This document shows positions 58,792 to 64,000 of a DNA stretch of 64,000 bases, one piece after another. Positions within the stretch are counted from its first letter, which is position 1, and every line of letters begins with the position of its first letter. The stretch is from the NCBI RefSeq assembly GCF_009914755.1, contig NC_060929.1; one strand, 5' to 3'. A program made the position numbers and the translations under genes. The notes beneath the pieces were generated by a model, which was given only the letters and a program-made list of their open reading frames with translations, was not told the DNA's origin and did not search any database. The stretch is from the human T2T-CHM13v2.0 reference genome, Homo sapiens.

Positions 58792-59168
58792 TGATGTGGT
58801 TTGGCTGTGTCCACACCCAAATCTCATCCTGAATTGTAGTTCCCATAATCCCCAAATGTTGTGGGAGGGACCCAATGGGAGGTAATTGAATCATGGGGAC
58901 AGTTACCGCCATGCTACTGTTCTTCTAACAGTGAGTGAGTTCTCACAAGATCTGATGGTTTTATAAGGAGTTTTCCCTCTTTGCTTGGCACTGCTCGTTG
59001 CTGTCGCCATGTGAAGAAGGACGTGTTTGCTTCCCCTTCCACCATGATTGTTAGTTTCCTGAGGCTTCCCCAGCCACACTGAACTGTGAGTCAATTAAAC
59101 CTCTTACCTTTATAAATTACCCAGTCTTGTTTATGTCTTCATTAGAAGCATGAGAACAGACTAATACA
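58792..59168 (+). mobile_element. THE1-type MaLR solo LTR, 5-bp TSD taaat
   Basis: tgatgtggtttggctgtgtcc..cccaaatctcatc...ctaataca; TG...CA termini. Confidence 0.92.
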
Positions 59169-60249
59169 TAAATAAAAAAGCTTATTCTTGATGGGGTTTT
59201 GAAGTTTAAAAGCAATTTAGTTACACTATCTCTGAATTTTCTGTGTAACTCTGAGGTAGCCATTGTTTTATACTATAGTTACCTTTTAGGTAACTGAGGC
59301 GCAGAAAGGGTATGTATCACTCACTTGATAAGTGACAGAGCCAGGCTAGAACCTGAGATTTCCTTTTCCAAATCTCGCATATCTACCTTTGAACATGGCT
59401 ATAAGGTCTGAGGAATTATAATGAATGTGTCAGGTTATCACAGTGAAATTAATAAAGAGAAAATGGTTGGTTCTACTTCCATGGGCAGGTTGGGGGCTGG
59501 TTTTTTTGTTGGTCTTGAAAGCAAGACTTAAGTCATTTGAATAACTCTTTCCACACAAACACCCAATATCCTTCTAAATAGCAACAAGGCAAATAAAATG
59601 ATCCATTCAGCTTTGGTTTATTATAGCTAGCATATTGACTTTAATGAGATTTATGAAAGTTAATTCTATTTTTATGTGTGGTATATATAATTTGTGATAT
59701 ATTAGAACCCTTGGTATAACAAATATGCACAGCGCATAGGTGCCCATTTGAAAAAGCTCAGATTATGATTTTAAATTATTGGAAAGATTTACAGTTGATA
59801 TATCTTTGTTTTTATTGCATGTTGTTCATATCTGTCGCTTATTTAATAAGGAATCTTTGGTCAAATACACATCCCCTATAATATCACTCTTCCCGCGGGA
59901 CTGTATCTCTCACTTTATGACATGGTTTCCACAACATGTCATGACAAAAAGCAGAGAAGAAATATATCAACACATACGGACACAGAAGACTTCTTTGTTT
60001 TGACTTAGAATTGTAGCCCTAGCTGATTTCATTGTATTCTCATTCAGCTGTTTATTCAAGTATCATATTTATCATCTTTGATCTTTGCATCTGTTATGGC
60101 CTCCAATATTGGGAACGTTTGCTTTTGCCTTGGGTTTTGGAAAATTAAAAACCAATATGACCCTTATAGGTTAGAATATTTACAGAATTAGAAACAAGCA
60201 GTATAGTCTAATAGAGGATGTAAGAGGTGAAGATAAGACCTACTAGGTG

Positions 60250-61280
60250 AGAAGCACTATGCAGGGACTAATTCAGTGATGGAGGAGTTATGGATTGTGA
60301 GAACATATTCAGCTCAGGGTGTTGGGAAAAGCTCCATGGAAGAGTTAGCACTGGAATGTCAAAGTTTTCTATCTGCGATAATGGGAGTATTAAAATATTC
60401 TAAGTTTAAGGATCTTATGAGCTATCATACGGTGTTTTGGGGGAAAGACAGTAATCTGTTTTCACAGGAATATGTGGTGCTCGAAGGTGATTGTGACAGA
60501 TGGAGCCAATAAAGATGGATTGGGGACAGATTGTGAGGAGAGCTTTTAGTATTGGGTTAAGGAATATGGACTTCGATCTGTGAGCAATGGGGAACTGTTG
60601 GAGGCTTCCGAACAGGAAGTAGCATGATCTAATCTATATGTTAGGACTGTTCAGGTGACAAAAGTATAAGTAATGGATTGGAATGGATTCACTGTTGTAG
60701 GCAGTTATTGGGAAGCCTGAAGGCACTTTGATTTGGGAAAGTAAAGGGAACAAAAGAGATTACTATGGGGAAAGTAAGCGGGGAGACCAATGATCAGAGG
60801 AGGCTCTGTATCATTTGGGAATTTGAAATAAGGTACTACAAGTGGAGGGGGAGTGATTATGACAAAAAAGAGCAGAGTTAGGAGGCAAAAAGTAATGAGG
60901 CCTTGTACTAGGGTATTAATGATGGGAATGGAGAAAAGGAGAAGAATATCATGGCTCTGTGAAGGTAGAGTTGGCTGATTTGGCAGCTTTATTTGAGTAT
61001 GAGAGGTGAATGAGCATGAGGAATTAAAAGTAACTACTAGCTTCAAGTTTGGTTTACTAGAAGATAATATTATATGAAAAGAAACAAGGGAATCAGGAGA
61101 AAGACCTTGTTTAGGTTAGCGGTATCAGTGGATTAAATGTCTGGCAGGCATTTGAAAATGTGAGTCTTAGGCCTCAGAGTCAACCTATTGAGTAATAGTA
61201 GAGATTGTGAAATTGAGCAAGTTTTCTGAGGGAGGTTATGAAGAAAGAGGATGAGAAAAAGAATTGGGGAATATTCCTAA
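60250..61280 (-). mobile_element. L2 remnant
   Basis: gcaatggggaactgttggagg..gcatgatctaatct; ggcaggcatttgaaaatgtgagtc. Confidence 0.55.
60687..60837 (+). repeat. Dispersed direct repeat, copy 1 (~150 bp)
   Basis: Matches 61585-61734 with scattered mismatches. Confidence 0.9.
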
Positions 61281-61584
61281 ATTTCATGCCCACTCTAATG
61301 GCAACACACTTCCTTCTTATTTAGAATTATGACTATGGTGGGCCACTCTTACTAACACAGGTATCTTATGCTTGAGGGATGTTTGCATGTATCCCTGTGT
61401 ATATTTCCAAGATTTTCCTAGTGATAACATCACTCTAAGTCACTTGCTTCACGCATGTTTTTTGAGTGAAGGAAAAAGCTTTGGAATTAATAACCACTCC
61501 TTAGGCGTTGCACTTATTCGGTGCACACCCATCGTGATGTGTTGACCTTGCTTACCTTACTCATTGGGAATGGCAGAAAAGGCC

Positions 61585-61734
61585 ATTCACTGTTGTAGGC
61601 AGTTATTGGGAAGCCTGAAGGCACTTTGATCTGGAAAGTAAAGAGAACAAAAGAGATTACTAGGGAGAAAGTAAGCAGAGAGATGAATGATCAGAGGAGG
61701 CTCTGTGTCATTTGGGAATTGGAAATAGGGTACT
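61585..61734 (+). repeat. Dispersed direct repeat, copy 2 (~150 bp)
   Basis: Matches 60687-60837. Confidence 0.9.
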
Positions 61735-62789
61735 GCCAGTGTAAATAATGAACAATGTGAAGCTTAAATGATAATTTGCAACAAGCATTTAATGAAAGAT
61801 CATTGCTTTTGGTAGTAGCCACATATTGAATAAAGTTTGCTGAGTGTGCACTGAATATTATCTGTCCTAAATGACTCAACATTTCAGTTTGATCCTAGGG
61901 AATGTTATGCATCTGGAAAAGGAAAGGAATACATTTATCTCTGAGAGCCGATATTATTGCATAGTACTAACAGAGATAAGGCCACTTTCAAATTGTCATA
62001 GCAAATGAACTTTAATGATGACTAATGAATAGAAATGTGTTTAATAACCTGTGATCTGATTTTAGAAGCTGGGCTATTAACTGAGAATAAGGAGAACTGC
62101 TCTCTGTTTCTGATTCTGTCCCTCTAATCTTTGCCTTGAATAAATCACTCATGTATAAAATGATTCTGGATAATTTAAAAGCATCAAGTATTTGAATTGT
62201 GACTTTTCTCTCCAATATTTCTCAACTAAACCAGCACAAAAAATATAAGAAGTATAAGGTATAATTTGATTTACCTGCAAAAAGAGTATTAGCCTCTAAT
62301 GGGGATTATCCACATTTCTCAAAAACAACAGTTCATAATGTTGATGATCTATTATGACTGTGACCCCTGATGAGTATACTGAGACTGGAGTCAACAGATT
62401 GTATTAAACTTCAATAGCATAGAAAGCCAAGCATCATGATTTAGCTTTGTCAAGTGTTGAAAAATTTTGTTTTTACATAGAGGAAGAAGTCTTTCCTAAA
62501 TAGATTCTGACTTGGTATATTGACTAAGTATATTTGCCTCATTTTTAGGTTCCTGAATCTCTTTTTTAAAGTTTGTATCTTGTGTTTTTAAAATTACCCT
62601 ATATTTTACATACTCATTGTAAGCATATAGGCTTGCACAGATTAATTAAATGTAATTTTTGAATATTTGCCAAAACAGAAGCATGGCATTGGAAATGTAC
62701 TTTAAAAATAGAAAATTTGAAGGCACTTTTGAGTTTGCAATGACAATTATCCCAGAAAATTTACTATAAAATATTTAAGTGTTAGCTCA

Positions 62790-64000
62790 GGTAACCTTTT
62801 TAAAATGTATTTTTAATTTACATACAGTAAAATTTACTCTTTTTGGTATATATTTTATATCAAAAATTCGACAAACAGAACAATTCTATTACCTCCTCGA
62901 AGGAACTCCTTGAAAATACATTGTCCCTTTGTAGTCAGATCTTCCTGCCACCCACCCTTAACCCCTAACAACTACTGATCTATTTTCCATCACTATGGTT
63001 TGGCCTTTTCTAGGATGTCATACACATGGAATCATACATTATGTAGGCTTTTGAGTCTGGCTTCTTTCACTTAGCATAATGCATTTGAGATTCATCCGTG
63101 TTGTTGCAGGTACCCGTAGTTTGTTCCTTTTTATTGCTCAATACTATTCCATTTATGGGTCCTTCACGGTTTAGCTGCCAGCTGAAGGATATTTACATTA
63201 TACCCAATTTTGGGTGATTGTAAATAAAGCTGTTACAAACATTCACAAATGGTTTTTATGTAAATATGTCTTCTTTGTTTATTTCTTTTATTTCTTTTTT
63301 TTTTTTTTTTGAAACAGGGTCCCCCTGCTGTTACCCAGGCTGGAGTGGAGTGGCTCAGTCATAGCTCACTGCAGCCTGAAAGTCCTGGCTTCAAGCCATT
63401 CTCACATCTCAGCCTCCCTAATGGCTGGGACTACAGGGCATGCCACCAAACACAGCTAATTATTTTCTTTTTATTTTGTAGATATAAGGTCTCACTGTGT
63501 TGCCCAGGCTGGTCTCAAACAGCCTCCCAAAGTGTTGGGTTTACAGGTGTGAGCCACTATGTTCAGCCAAGTCTTATTTCCCTTGGGTGAATACTTAAGA
63601 GTGGGATTATTATGTATAGTAAGTGTATATTTAACATTATAATAAGCTGCCCAACTATTGCTCATAGTGACTGTACCATTTTGCATTTGAGAATTCAAGT
63701 TTTTCTGTGTACTTGTCAGCACTTGGCATTGTCAGGTTTTTTTTTTAAGTCATTCTAGAGCATACATAGTAGTATCTCATTGTGGTTTTGGTTTCCATTT
63801 CCCTAATGACTAGTAATATAGACCATATATCCATGTGTTTGTTTGCCATTAGTATATATTTTTTGTTGAAGTGTCTTTTCAGATCTTTTGTCCTTTTAAA
63901 AAAAAGAGTTGCTTTCATATTAAGGTTTGATGATTTTTATATAATCTAGATACATGATTCAAAAACATTTTCCCCCAGTCCCTGCCTTGTTTTTTCTTTC
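62790..64000 (-). mobile_element. L1M (L1MA/MB/MC-like) 3' region, interrupted by an Alu
   Basis: ggcttctttcacttagcataatgcatttgagattcatcc...tagtatctcattgtggtttt..catttccctaatgact. Confidence 0.85.
63290..63570 (-). mobile_element. Alu (AluJ-like)
   Basis: Reverse-complement Alu with a deletion in the left arm. Confidence 0.9.

Overview
Primate (human-like) genomic DNA containing the 5' half of ELL2 (RNA Pol II elongation factor, super elongation complex) on the minus strand. Coding exons 1-4 were reconstructed by hand with GT-AG junctions and an unbroken frame (147+48+122+164 nt, about 160 aa); the gene continues beyond position 1. The window also has the CpG-island promoter (~52.0-53.5 kb) and ~10.5 kb of upstream sequence. 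The rest is intron or intergenic DNA with many Alu, L1, L2, L3, MIR, MER and THE1 repeats, and almost all ORFs in the supplied track are spurious. Repeat families were assigned by eye, so their boundaries are approximate. I see no evidence of a new multi-gene system. The best leads are: an Ala-rich, strong-Kozak uORF whose stop lies 1 nt before the ELL2 ATG; a CRE/CCAAT-rich bidirectional promoter with a strong divergent splice donor; a block-structured palindromic E-box VNTR and a perfect 82-bp tandem duplication in intron 2; a ~150-bp dispersed duplication upstream; and inverted Alus around exons 2-4.
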